Shown: positions 1 through 9,453 of the stretch, piece by piece
Layout of the letters: every line of letters starts with the position of its first letter
Numbering within the stretch: the first letter of the stretch is position 1
From: an uncultured Candidatus Bathyarchaeia archaeon
GTDB lineage: Archaea > Thermoproteota > Bathyarchaeia > 40CM-2-53-6
Direction of reading: 5' to 3'
Assembly (NCBI GenBank): GCA_964353625.1
Contig: CAYGWT010000227.1
Coordinates: 1 to 35,537, forward strand
DNA: 35,537 nt
Position numbers and translations under genes: made by a program
Notes under the pieces: generated by a model
Database searches by the model: none
Told to the model about the DNA's origin: nothing
What the model saw: only the letters and a program-made list of their open reading frames with translations

Positions 1-314
1 ACCAGCCCGCCACTTCGCAATACTCGCTTGCGAATCACGCCACTGACGAGCCTCCAACGCCAGCCTCCTACCAGACATATATTCACATCTTGACTGCATC
101 AACCACACTCATCTAATTTAACGGATATGATGATAAGAGTCATTTCTTGACTGGTCCGTGAGTGAAGGCTCAGCTACTGGACCTCGTGATATGTATGAGC
201 TGCATTGCAGTGCGAGACAAAGGGTTAGGCAAGAATCTACTTAATATTGGGTAAATACGCTCTTTCGCGTAAATCTTATCAATGAACACTTCGTATTGCC
301 GCAACGAACGCGCC

Positions 315-866
315 ATGAGACTCCACACACGTGTCGCAGGTAGGCAAGTTGCTCTTGTGGCCTCTATGGGCGCCCTTGGAAACGTCCTCGCGCTTGTCAC
401 TCTTTCGATTCCCACACCGGTTGGCCAGATTGCATTTGACTTCTCTCATATCGGTACACTAGTTGTAGCACTGTACTCTGGGCCTTTGCTGGGTGGAATG
501 ACGGGAGCAATAGTTGGCCTGGCGCCATACTACAGGTTCGGTGTGGAGGGAGGGTTCGGACCTGTCCTGGGGCTGTTGATCATTCCAGGAAAGTCACTTA
601 CCGGAATTACTGCTGGTCTCCTCGCAAGAAAGCTGAGGCCAGCTTTTGCAACCCTAGTCGGATACATACCCGAGGCTGTCTTCACATTCTCCTATTTTCA
701 GTGGGTTGCTCCTTTCTTTCTTGGCCCCAAAGCAGGGGCCTATGTTGTGTCGCTAGTCGTCCCCGTTCTGGCAAAGGCTTGGTTTGAGATGATTGTAATA
801 GCAGTAGTCATGGAGTTGATTAGGAGATGGCACATCCTTAGCCGGCTGATGCCAAGCATGGACTGA
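315..866 (+). CDS. ECF transporter S-component (substrate-binding membrane subunit), substrate unknown
   Basis: Several hydrophobic helices with the typical S-component pattern (AFDFSHIGTLVVALYSGPLLGGMTGAIVG). ATG 315 follows TATA-like CTTATC at ~277; the ORF track starts at 282. Confidence 0.8.
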   Translation: MRLHTRVAGRQVALVASMGALGNVLALVTLSIPTPVGQIAFDFSHIGTLVVALYSGPLLGGMTGAIVGLAPYYRFGVEGGFGPVLGLLIIPGKSLTGITAGLLARKLRPAFATLVGYIPEAVFTFSYFQWVAPFFLGPKAGAYVVSLVVPVLAKAWFEMIVIAVVMELIRRWHILSRLMPSMD

Positions 867-951
867 ACATCAGAACGTATGTTCTCTCCGTGATTTTGGT
901 CCCGAATTCGGTTTTGTTCCTGACGAACATCTTGGAAGGGTACAGACTCAG

Positions 952-1977
952 TTATTCTCTTCTTGGTATGCGGTCGATGATGTCTTCGCTTGACGGTCCT
1001 GTGCCAATCAATGTCACGGGTATGCCAATGGCTTTCTCTACATTGCAAACGAAGTCCTTAGCCTCGGGCGGAAGATCTTCGAACTTCTTACGTCCAACTG
1101 CGTCGGGGAATTCCACGTCTATCTTGGTGATTGCTGCCTGTGTCGCTCCGTTTAGAAGAACTGCTCTCTTTGCCAATTCATAATCGAAGGGAGCCGCTCT
1201 CCGAAGCCGACCGGTGACCGTGCCGAATTCTTGCCACCCCCTTCTTCGGGTCTCCTCCTTGCTGAGCTGCCCCGCAAGAGGTCCTTCACCAACTCTAGTA
1301 ACAAATGCTTTGAAGACTACAATGACGTCATCTACTTTGGTCGGTCCGATACCAACATCCGAGCATATCGCCGAGGCGCAGACGTCCTTGCTAGTGCAAT
1401 ACGGGTAGGTTCCGTGGAACAGCGACAGGAACGTGCCTTGCGATCCTTCAAGCAGGACATGACGTTTATCCTCCAATGCCTTGTTAATTTCTCCCGAAAC
1501 ATCAGCTAGGAAGCCAGAAAGCTCCGGGGCATCCTTCGCCAGTTTAGCTGATCTGAAGATGCGGTCAGCATTGCAGGCGCCAACACCGCTCTTCGTGACA
1601 CCTATCTTCTTCACGAGATATTCCGATCTGCTTTCCTGATCGATGTGCCTTTGCTCAATTATCGCGCATTGGCGATCAATACCGATCCGGTTTCTTGTTT
1701 CGGTAACTTCGATTTCCTTCAGAAGGACGCTTGGATTCACAAGTACACCCGGACCAATCAGGAGACGCGATTCCTTAGAGACGAAACCGCTAGGAATCAT
1801 TCTTAACGAGTACGTTTTCCCTTGAACCTTCACGGTATGCCCAGCATTAGGCCCCGCGCCGCCTCGAGCTACGATGGCTGGGTGGTCTCTAAGCGCCAAG
1901 TATGCAGTGAGTTTCCCCTTCCCTTCGTCTCCGAAGAAACCGCCTACGACAACCGTGCATGTCACGTGTGTTCCCAA
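952..1977 (-). CDS. purA: Adenylosuccinate synthetase, short archaeal type
   Basis: Motifs GDEGKGK, GPNAGHT, EGSQG, GTYPYCTS, EFGTVTGRLRR, TKID. The start may be GTG 1965. Confidence 0.97.
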   Translation of the reverse strand: MGTHVTCTVVVGGFFGDEGKGKLTAYLALRDHPAIVARGGAGPNAGHTVKVQGKTYSLRMIPSGFVSKESRLLIGPGVLVNPSVLLKEIEVTETRNRIGIDRQCAIIEQRHIDQESRSEYLVKKIGVTKSGVGACNADRIFRSAKLAKDAPELSGFLADVSGEINKALEDKRHVLLEGSQGTFLSLFHGTYPYCTSKDVCASAICSDVGIGPTKVDDVIVVFKAFVTRVGEGPLAGQLSKEETRRRGWQEFGTVTGRLRRAAPFDYELAKRAVLLNGATQAAITKIDVEFPDAVGRKKFEDLPPEAKDFVCNVEKAIGIPVTLIGTGPSSEDIIDRIPRRE

Positions 1978-2056
1978 TCATGGGCGAGGAACATGGTTCT
2001 TAAGCCTTTGTCGAACTGCTCGGAACGTCACGTCCACAATCATGTTTCCAATTAGG

Positions 2057-2094
2057 TTCGATGGGCGAACACGATATTCAGTTCGCCCGTCGAA
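2057..2094. repeat. 14-bp inverted repeat with 10-nt loop
   Basis: TTCGATGGGCGAAC (2057-2070) pairs with GTTCGCCCGTCGAA (2081-2094): 13 Watson-Crick pairs and one G-U on the + strand. Confidence 0.85.
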
Positions 2095-2200
2095 AGTCCT
2101 CAACGCGCCGGCTGAGAGCGCTCAGACACTTGTTTCTCATCATCAACGCAGCGTTAGACATCCAAGAGTCTAAAGGTTTTCCCAAGTATCGACCCCTACG

Positions 2201-2494
2201 CTAAGGGGCGCTGGTCAAATCGCCCAATTGCCCATCTTGGAGTTGTCTAACGAACGCCGCACCGAGCGGGCTCAAAGCAACAAGGTCATCCCTAGCGCTT
2301 TTCCTCTTGATGACAAGTCCTCGTGCTTCAAGTCGGTCAAGTCGTGCGGCAATGACGGTTTTGGGAGCGCTTGGTAGATGGCTTGCAAGATCATGCATGG
2401 CCACTGCTTGGGCTCCGAGCGCCTTCAGTCCCCATATTGTCTGGAGTGTCAGGATTTCATCGTTTGATAGGTCAGAGTTCATAGCAACTATCAT
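2201..2494 (-). CDS. Small winged-helix protein
   Basis: Pattern HDLASHL...RLDRLEARGLV...VALSPLG matches a wHTH recognition helix and wing. Confidence 0.65.
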   Translation of the reverse strand: MIVAMNSDLSNDEILTLQTIWGLKALGAQAVAMHDLASHLPSAPKTVIAARLDRLEARGLVIKRKSARDDLVALSPLGAAFVRQLQDGQLGDLTSAP

Positions 2495-2604
2495 TTTGGG
2501 TAGACACCCAGATGTTTCTTATGGATTTGGTGTGAAACTCTGGTGTACTATTAAGCGAACATTAATATACCTAGCAACATGCGTATGAACCAAGGCGGAC
2601 CGAG

Positions 2605-3291
2605 TTGGCACCAGGTGAAGACACCGCAGCCTTTTTGGACGCGCTAACGCGTTCACCTCAACTGAAAGTTCTAAGCGTTCTCGCGGAACGACCACAAGAA
2701 GAACTCACCAAGACCGAGATAGCTCAAAAAGCCGGAATAGGTCGGACGACCCTCTACAGGGTCTGGGACGACTTGGAGAAAATGAAAGCCGTAGCGCCTT
2801 CTCGGCACGTTGGAGCAGTCACTCTCTACCGCCTGAACCCGCAGAGTTCAATCGTCCAATCCCTCATGAACATAACGAAGGGTCTCTCATCTGTCACCAG
2901 CGCAGTTGGTAAGGTCGAAGAGATCAGGGAAGTCGAAAAGATTGCTAGAGAAGAATTCGGCAAGGCCCTGCCTCCAAGCGCAGGCATCCTTGTGAAGCTT
3001 CATGGCAGACATGCTGTTGACGAGTTGACAGCCGTCCAATCATCAGTGCTGAGGCTATCCAAAGCCGAGACCGAATCGATCGAGAGCCTGGTTGGAGCAG
3101 GCTTGGTCGATAGACGTGGCGATAAGTTGAATCTCACAAGAGTGGGCTCTATTACTGCCCAAGGAGCTTCGAAGATCTGGGGAGAATCACAACGCGAGAC
3201 TATTCAACAGACACTTGCCTCTGCGAAAGTAGCCTTGGAACTCATCAACCAAGAGATCAAGAAGCTTCAAGGAATGGTCCCGAAAGAGTAA
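2605..3291 (+). CDS. HTH transcriptional regulator with a second wHTH-like domain and C-terminal coiled coil
   Basis: N-terminal LTKTEIAQKAGIGRTTLYRVW helix-turn-helix, then SLVGAGLVDRRGDKLNLTRVG and a heptad-like tail. AT-rich TATA-like spacer at 2548-2570. Confidence 0.75.
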   Translation: MAPGEDTAAFLDALTRSPQLKVLSVLAERPQEELTKTEIAQKAGIGRTTLYRVWDDLEKMKAVAPSRHVGAVTLYRLNPQSSIVQSLMNITKGLSSVTSAVGKVEEIREVEKIAREEFGKALPPSAGILVKLHGRHAVDELTAVQSSVLRLSKAETESIESLVGAGLVDRRGDKLNLTRVGSITAQGASKIWGESQRETIQQTLASAKVALELINQEIKKLQGMVPKE

Positions 3292-3406
3292 TTGCGCGTT
3301 CGGCCGACTGATCTCGCAGCATTTCATCGCTTCGGGCCTAGCCGGGACGATCCAAAGCTTTAATCTACATCCGAGCAACCGACTCACTAGTCTTGGTGTT
3401 CCTCGA

Positions 3407-5065
3407 GTGGCGAAGTATGTCTTTGTGACTGGCGGAGTAATGTCCGGACTCGGAAAGGGTGTATCTGCGGCCTCCATTGGCAAGATACTACTCACACGGG
3501 GAACGAAAGTCAGCGCCCTTAAGATCGATCCGTACCTTAACGTCGACGCAGGAACAATGAATCCAGTTGTGCACGGAGAAGTCTTTGTCACCGAAGATGG
3601 TGGCGAGACAGACATGGATCTCGGCACCTATGAGCGATTCCTCGATGTGAATCTCTCAAAGATGCACAACATCACCACAGGCCAGATCTACCAAACCATC
3701 ATTGATATGGAAAGAACCGGCTCATTCCTAGGGCAATGCGTTCAGATCATCCCTCACGTTACAGATGAGATCAAACGCAGAATACGAAGTGTCGCCGAGT
3801 CGAGCAAATCTGAACTGCTGTTGGTTGAAATAGGCGGAACCGTAGGCGACATTGAGAGCCTCCCATTTCTCGAAGCAGCTCGAGAGATGCGCTTGGAGGA
3901 CGGCTTCAGGAACGTCGCTTTCACACATGTTACTTTAGTTCCGGTAGTAGGAGTCGTCGGCGAGCAGAAGACCAAACCTACACAGCACAGCGTACAAGAA
4001 CTCAGAAGGATCGGCCTTCAGCCTGACCTAATAATCGCTCGAAGCAGCAAACCATTGCTACCCGGCCCACGAAAGAAGATCGCTCTATTCTGCAACGTTG
4101 ACGAGGCTGCCGTGTTCTCATCGCCCGACTCAAAAAGCGTGTACGAAGTTCCATCTCTCCTCGAGGATCAGGGGATGGGCGCTTTCCTATGCGAAAGACT
4201 TGGACTCGACAAGAAGACTGCAAACTGGGACGAATGGACTAAGATTGTGCACCGATTCATAAGCCCGAAGAATGAAATCACGATTGCAGTCTGCGGCAAA
4301 TATGCAGAACTAGCGGACTCCTATGTGAGCGTCAACGAAGCTCTGAGACATGCTGGAGCGGCTGCTGACGCACACGTCAATCTGAGCTGGGTTGAGACGG
4401 AGCAGTTCGAAGGCGAGAACCCCAAGATGGGCGTCCTAGGGGCACCGGATGGGGTTCTTGTTCCCGGCGGTTTTGGGCAAAGAGGGACCGAAGGAAAGAT
4501 CAGGGTGATCCGCTACGTACGAGAGAACAACATTCCATTCTTGGGGATTTGCCTCGGATTCCAGCTTGCAACTGTGGAATTCGCAAGAAGCCTCGGCCTA
4601 GAAAACGCAAACAGCACGGAAATTGCACCCGGGACACAGCATCCGGTAATAGATCTAATGCCGGAGCAGCGCGCTATTGAGTCGAAGGGAGCTACAATGC
4701 GCCTGGGCGCCCATGAAATCAGAATTCAGCCAGGTACTCTGGCTGAGCGTCTGTATGGTCGTCGAAGAGTCTGGGAGAGGCACAGACACCGCTACGAGGT
4801 GAACCCAGACTATATCTCGAAGCTTGAGCAGAAGTTTGAGCAGGGGGGCCTCGTTTTCTCCGGCAGATCCTTAGATGGTCGCCGAATGGAGGTCTTAGAA
4901 CTGCCTTCGCATTACTTCTTCATTGCAACCCAGTTTCATGGCGAATTTCGTTCCAGGCCGATGTCTCCGTCTCCCCCATACTTTGGGCTTGTAAAAGCAT
5001 CGCTCGACAAGAGACTAGGAAAACCACGCTTTGAACTTGTGAGTGGTGCCGTCAACACGAAGTAG
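3407..5065 (+). CDS. pyrG: CTP synthase
   Basis: Motifs [49 protein letters not shown]. Confidence 0.99.
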   Translation: MAKYVFVTGGVMSGLGKGVSAASIGKILLTRGTKVSALKIDPYLNVDAGTMNPVVHGEVFVTEDGGETDMDLGTYERFLDVNLSKMHNITTGQIYQTIIDMERTGSFLGQCVQIIPHVTDEIKRRIRSVAESSKSELLLVEIGGTVGDIESLPFLEAAREMRLEDGFRNVAFTHVTLVPVVGVVGEQKTKPTQHSVQELRRIGLQPDLIIARSSKPLLPGPRKKIALFCNVDEAAVFSSPDSKSVYEVPSLLEDQGMGAFLCERLGLDKKTANWDEWTKIVHRFISPKNEITIAVCGKYAELADSYVSVNEALRHAGAAADAHVNLSWVETEQFEGENPKMGVLGAPDGVLVPGGFGQRGTEGKIRVIRYVRENNIPFLGICLGFQLATVEFARSLGLENANSTEIAPGTQHPVIDLMPEQRAIESKGATMRLGAHEIRIQPGTLAERLYGRRRVWERHRHRYEVNPDYISKLEQKFEQGGLVFSGRSLDGRRMEVLELPSHYFFIATQFHGEFRSRPMSPSPPYFGLVKASLDKRLGKPRFELVSGAVNTK

Positions 5066-5112
5066 TGGCGATGGATGTGGATGCTACTATGCGAAAATTG
5101 AGCGGTCCATAG

Positions 5113-6051
5113 ATGATGTCTGCCGCACAGATTGGTGGGCTCTTCCGATCACTTCAACCGTCAGATCTGCGCATTCTGCTTGGCACAGAGCTCGGTATGA
5201 CAAGTCGTGAGTATGTCCCCATCTCACGAATAGTACGATACGCGAATCTCCTGGAAGAGGAAGTCGGAAAGCGTCTTCCCGATCTGGTGGACAAGCGCCT
5301 CCTCGCAACGGGCAACATGCAAGAAATGGGATATGCTGGTTTCCGACTGACATTCTTTGGTTATGACTGCTTAGCCCTGAACGCCCTAGTCAAAGGAGAC
5401 ATCGTAGAAGCGCTCGGCGGCCCGCTCGGATTGGGAAAGGAGTCCGATGTCTACGATGCTATAGGCAGGAAGGGTGTCAGGGTCGCTCTGAAGTTTCACC
5501 GTCTAGGCAGGATAAGCTTTCGTCAGACTAGACGTACGCGACAATACGTAGCTGACAGGGCTCACACATCTTGGATCTATCAGGCGAGAATGGCTGCGAC
5601 GCGTGAGTTTGCAGCTATGAAACGCGCACGTCGCGTTGGCGTTCCAGTGCCTAAGCCGATCGGTCAGAATAGGCATCTCGTCGCAATGGCCATGTTCGAA
5701 GGATCGGAGCTCTCAAAAGTCAGCATCCTGCCTCAGCCAACAATCACACTGCGCCGCATGATCACCAAATTGAGGCTCTTATTCAGTGACGCACGGCTTA
5801 TTCACGGCGACCTGAGCGAATACAACATCCTAATCGGCAACTCAGGAAAATTCGTATTCATTGACTGGCCTCAGAGTGTCGCGACAAATGATCCGAGCGC
5901 CAACGAGCTCCTTACGCGCGATATCTCAAATCTCGTCAACTTTTTTGCGCGAAGGTACAGCGTCTTCGTTCCTGCCGAAGCTGCGTTAGACTTCGTGAGA
6001 GGCAAGACAAAAACTCTTGGCCGAATCCGAACAAAGAAACCGATCGCCTAG
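5113..6051 (+). CDS. rio2: RIO2 serine/threonine kinase
   Basis: N-terminal wHTH (GFRLTFFGYDCLAL), GLGKESDVY, KFHRLGRISFR, IHGDLSEYNI, IDWPQ. Confidence 0.95.
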   Translation: MMSAAQIGGLFRSLQPSDLRILLGTELGMTSREYVPISRIVRYANLLEEEVGKRLPDLVDKRLLATGNMQEMGYAGFRLTFFGYDCLALNALVKGDIVEALGGPLGLGKESDVYDAIGRKGVRVALKFHRLGRISFRQTRRTRQYVADRAHTSWIYQARMAATREFAAMKRARRVGVPVPKPIGQNRHLVAMAMFEGSELSKVSILPQPTITLRRMITKLRLLFSDARLIHGDLSEYNILIGNSGKFVFIDWPQSVATNDPSANELLTRDISNLVNFFARRYSVFVPAEAALDFVRGKTKTLGRIRTKKPIA

Positions 6052-6887
6052 CCTTTGTCGAGAAAGCCAAATGCGCCGACCGAGGTGGGGATCACTACCG
6101 ATCCCAGCCTTGCATAACTCATCACAAAACCCTTCCTTTCAACTCGGAAACCGAGACGTGCAGCAGCCTCGACAACTTTCAAGCGTGATTCAGGAACCGC
6201 CATCTCAAGCGGCCATTTGTCCGTCAAAGAGATAGAAGATCTCAGAAGCTTTCCAACGTCTTCTTGATTCATGTGTTCGCAGATCAAGGGACCAATTTCA
6301 GAACTATCCTGGTACTGCTTCACGAGCACGTAGCCCGATACTTTGGCGCTATTGGTGACCCAAGCCCAATACTTCGGGAACTCGTGGTAAAGGCGCCTGA
6401 GGAGTCTACTTCTGTCTGCTCCGAATGCGCGCTTATCGAGGTCAAGGATATGATGAAAAGGAACCCTTCCAATCACCTCCGTGGAGTCTACAGTGCCATG
6501 TGACGCTGACAACCTGTCGAAGTTGCCTGTCGTTTCGAACTCTAGCCGTTTGTACATTGCCTCGTTCTCGGGATAAGCGAACAATCCAATCTTCCTAACG
6601 CGCATGCGGAGAAGATGCCTAATGCCTGATTGCACCAGACTGCTGCCAATTCCAGCACCGCGGTGTTGCTTGCTGACCACGACATTTCCAATCCAACCTA
6701 CCCTTCTTCCGTAAGCAGCAGTGGTCGTAAGGCCGACGGGTATGCCACTTACGGTGGCGACAAAGCAGCCTTTCGGTTGTAGCGCTTTCATTCTTCTCAG
6801 GTCAGATGTCCCAAAACCCCACTCTTCCTCGTTTGTTAATTCAATTATTGATGGGAAGTCACTCTTCTTGATGGGCCGGATTTGCAT
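6048..6887 (-). CDS. Tandem-domain GNAT acetyltransferase (YitH-like)
   Basis: Acetyl-CoA motif HRGAGIGSSL, then DKRAFGADRSRLL and IGPL in a second domain. Its stop overlaps the rio2 stop (CTAG). Confidence 0.88.
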   Translation of the reverse strand: MQIRPIKKSDFPSIIELTNEEEWGFGTSDLRRMKALQPKGCFVATVSGIPVGLTTTAAYGRRVGWIGNVVVSKQHRGAGIGSSLVQSGIRHLLRMRVRKIGLFAYPENEAMYKRLEFETTGNFDRLSASHGTVDSTEVIGRVPFHHILDLDKRAFGADRSRLLRRLYHEFPKYWAWVTNSAKVSGYVLVKQYQDSSEIGPLICEHMNQEDVGKLLRSSISLTDKWPLEMAVPESRLKVVEAAARLGFRVERKGFVMSYARLGSVVIPTSVGAFGFLDKG

Positions 6888-6905
6888 GTGTCGGTCGCCA
6901 ATCTA

Positions 6906-8207
6906 CTATGGGCGGATCCTGTTCATGAGCCGGGGAAAAGCTGACGCGTCGCGAATATGCTTCAGTTTGCAGATCCAAGCGACAGCTCGCTCAATCCCCA
7001 TGCCGAATCCCGAATGGGGTGTCGTGCCATACTTTCTCAGGTCCAGATACCACGAATAATGCTCTGAGTTCAGGTGTTCCTCGTTTATTCGTTGCATGAG
7101 TTGGTCATAGTCGTGGATGCGCTGTCCTCCGCCGGTAATCTCGCCATAGCCTTCAGGCGCGAGGAGATCTACTGAAAGTGTGACTTCTGGGCGTGTTGGG
7201 TCGGGCATATGATAGAATGCTTTGACGCCTTTCGGGTAATGTGTCACGAAGAACGGTGTGGAGAAATCTTTCGTCAAGATCTTCTCTTGATTGTATCCCA
7301 GGTCCGTCCCCCATTCGAACGACGAATCAGATTTCCGGATCAGTTCGACTGCTCTATCATAGGTGATGGTTGGAAAATGCGGCTTGAGGTTTGCCAGCTC
7401 ATCTGGGTTGCGTCCCACTTCTTTGAGTTCATCAGAGGCCCGTGATGCTACTTGGTGACAGATATGCAAGAGTAGTTCCTCTTCGACTCTGATGAGACCT
7501 TCGAGGTCAAGCCACGGTTCTTCGAGTTCTAGATGCCAATACTCCGTCAAGTGGCGTCTTGTCCTTGACTTCTCGGCGCGGAAAGAGGGTGCTAGCGTGT
7601 AGATCTTGCCTAGGCTTGCAATCATTGCTTCACCGTAGAGTTGCCAGCTCTGAGTCAGGTATGCCTTCTCATCGAAGTACTTGACCTCGAACAGGGTTGA
7701 GCCACCCTCGACAGCTGCTGAAACAAGGGTCGGAACCTGAACCTCCAAGTATCCGTGATCTTTCAGCCAACTTCGGGCTTCCTCAATCAAAATGGCCCTC
7801 AATCGAAGAATTGTCTGCATCTTCCTGCTGCGGATCCAGAAATGGCGATTGTCTAGGAGGAACTCAGGTCCATGATACTTCTTAGCAATCGGAAAATCCT
7901 CATGTGAACGCTGGAGCACTTGCAGATCTCTGATACGGAGCTCGTATCCACGAGGAGCTCTCGGATCTCTTGCGACTTCTCCCTCCACCTCTAGAGTAGA
8001 CTCTAACGGAAGTGTCTCAATCTCGGTGAACTTCTCCCCAAGTTGGTCTCTTTTTGCGGTACACTGCAGAAAGCCCGTGCCGTCCCTTAGGATGAGGAAT
8101 AGGATCCCTCCACTCGAACGTTTGTTGTGCAACCATCCCCTCAGCCTAACTCGAGTCGAATCTGTGCCTCTTGTGAGAATTTCTCGAACTGCGACAAGAT
8201 TGGTCAA
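6906..8207 (-). CDS. asnS: Asparaginyl-tRNA synthetase
   Basis: OB-fold N-terminus; AVEGGSTLF, LTQSWQLY, FRAEKSRTRRHLTEYW, GEITGGGQR, PHSGFGMGIER. Confidence 0.96.
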   Translation of the reverse strand: MTNLVAVREILTRGTDSTRVRLRGWLHNKRSSGGILFLILRDGTGFLQCTAKRDQLGEKFTEIETLPLESTLEVEGEVARDPRAPRGYELRIRDLQVLQRSHEDFPIAKKYHGPEFLLDNRHFWIRSRKMQTILRLRAILIEEARSWLKDHGYLEVQVPTLVSAAVEGGSTLFEVKYFDEKAYLTQSWQLYGEAMIASLGKIYTLAPSFRAEKSRTRRHLTEYWHLELEEPWLDLEGLIRVEEELLLHICHQVASRASDELKEVGRNPDELANLKPHFPTITYDRAVELIRKSDSSFEWGTDLGYNQEKILTKDFSTPFFVTHYPKGVKAFYHMPDPTRPEVTLSVDLLAPEGYGEITGGGQRIHDYDQLMQRINEEHLNSEHYSWYLDLRKYGTTPHSGFGMGIERAVAWICKLKHIRDASAFPRLMNRIRP

Positions 8208-8512
8208 GCTAATGCATCCTCACTGTGAAGTAGACGCGATCGCAAGTAGCGCCAGAAAGTAACGAGATCTAGTACGAATTAAAGCGCTCACCCATCATTG
8301 CGCCCACCGGGAACCACTTCCAGACCAGATGATATTTAAACGGTGGCATGCAGGAAACCGGATCGCCCAAGAATTCCTGTCCTCATTAAGAGACAAGGAA
8401 CGTACGTGTTCTACGTCAAGTTGTGCGAGTCATTCTCCCGCGAGCTTTCTTCGAGAGAACTCTCTTAATGTTCAAAAACAGACTATCGGCCTCGACGTTC
8501 TAACAACTATCT

Positions 8513-8884
8513 TTGACAGGTGATTTCGCGTTCAGAATAAGAGTCGAGGATGACTTCGACGCCTCGCATATCATCCCATGGCATCCGGGCAAATGCAAGA
8601 ACCTTCATGGTCATACATACCGTGTCGAAGTGTTCGTGAAGGGCGACAAGCTAGACAAGAACGACATCCTAGAAGGAGCGGACTTCACCATATTGAAAAA
8701 GAACCTAGCTGATCTCATAGCAAAGTACGACCACAAGCATTTGAACGACATAATCACTGGAAACCCCACTGCCGAGAACATCGCTATGACTATCTTCCGT
8801 GAGCTACGGGCGCTAGCGACAGATGGGTTAGAGAAGGTCCGCGTATGGGAATCCCCAAGGCGCTATGCTGAGTATTGGGAATGA
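8513..8884 (+). CDS. queD: 6-carboxy-5,6,7,8-tetrahydropterin synthase
   Basis: Motifs FDASH, CKNLHGHTY, DHKHLND, PTAENIA, VRVWES. Confidence 0.93.
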   Translation: MTGDFAFRIRVEDDFDASHIIPWHPGKCKNLHGHTYRVEVFVKGDKLDKNDILEGADFTILKKNLADLIAKYDHKHLNDIITGNPTAENIAMTIFRELRALATDGLEKVRVWESPRRYAEYWE

Positions 8885-9453
8885 GATCCAAAACAGGCGA
8901 TCGACTGCCAACGATTGAGGAGCACGTGCGTGAAATCCTCAAGATACTCAAAGTTGACCTGAATGCCCAACAATTCAGAGACACACCTGGAAGAATCGCG
9001 AGAATGGCTTTCGAACTGCTCGCAGGGATGGACAAGAGGAACGAACCAAAGCTAACTCTATTCAGGAATACCGGGTACAGGGACATTTTGATCGTGAATG
9101 AGATGCCGTTCTATTCACTTTGCGCTCACCACTCGTTGCCCATGTTCGGTCACGTATCAGTCGCGTATATTCCAGGCAGAAAGATGGTGGGGCTGTCAAA
9201 GTTGCCTCGCGTAGTGAAGTTCTTCTCGGCACGACTGCAGGTCCAGGAAGATTTTGCGAAAGAACTGGCTGACTACCTTCATCGGAAGCTTGGAGCAAAA
9301 GGAGTATTCGTTGTCGTCAAAGCCCGGCACTTGTGCATGGAGATGCGAGGCGCGAAAACTCATGACGCGGAGACCGTATCCAGTGCGGTGCGCGGAGTCT
9401 TCGACACTCGCGCATCGACGAAGGCAGAAGCGCTAAGACTGATGACGGCTTGA
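8881..9453 (+). CDS. folE: GTP cyclohydrolase I, FolE type
   Basis: Motifs DTPGRIA, SLCAHHSLP, GLSKLPR, RLQVQE, ARHLCMEMRG. ATGA overlap with queD. Confidence 0.96.
   Translation: MRSKTGDRLPTIEEHVREILKILKVDLNAQQFRDTPGRIARMAFELLAGMDKRNEPKLTLFRNTGYRDILIVNEMPFYSLCAHHSLPMFGHVSVAYIPGRKMVGLSKLPRVVKFFSARLQVQEDFAKELADYLHRKLGAKGVFVVVKARHLCMEMRGAKTHDAETVSSAVRGVFDTRASTKAEALRLMTA

Noticed and set aside
1-110. Possible partial minus-strand CDS (MSGRRLALEARQWRDSQASIAKWRAG...) running off the window edge
   Set aside because: Too short and has no recognisable motif.
121-180. C-box ATGATGA with a K-turn-like stem, suggesting a C/D sRNA
   Set aside because: The D-box position reads CTGG rather than CTGA, and I identified no convincing guide target.
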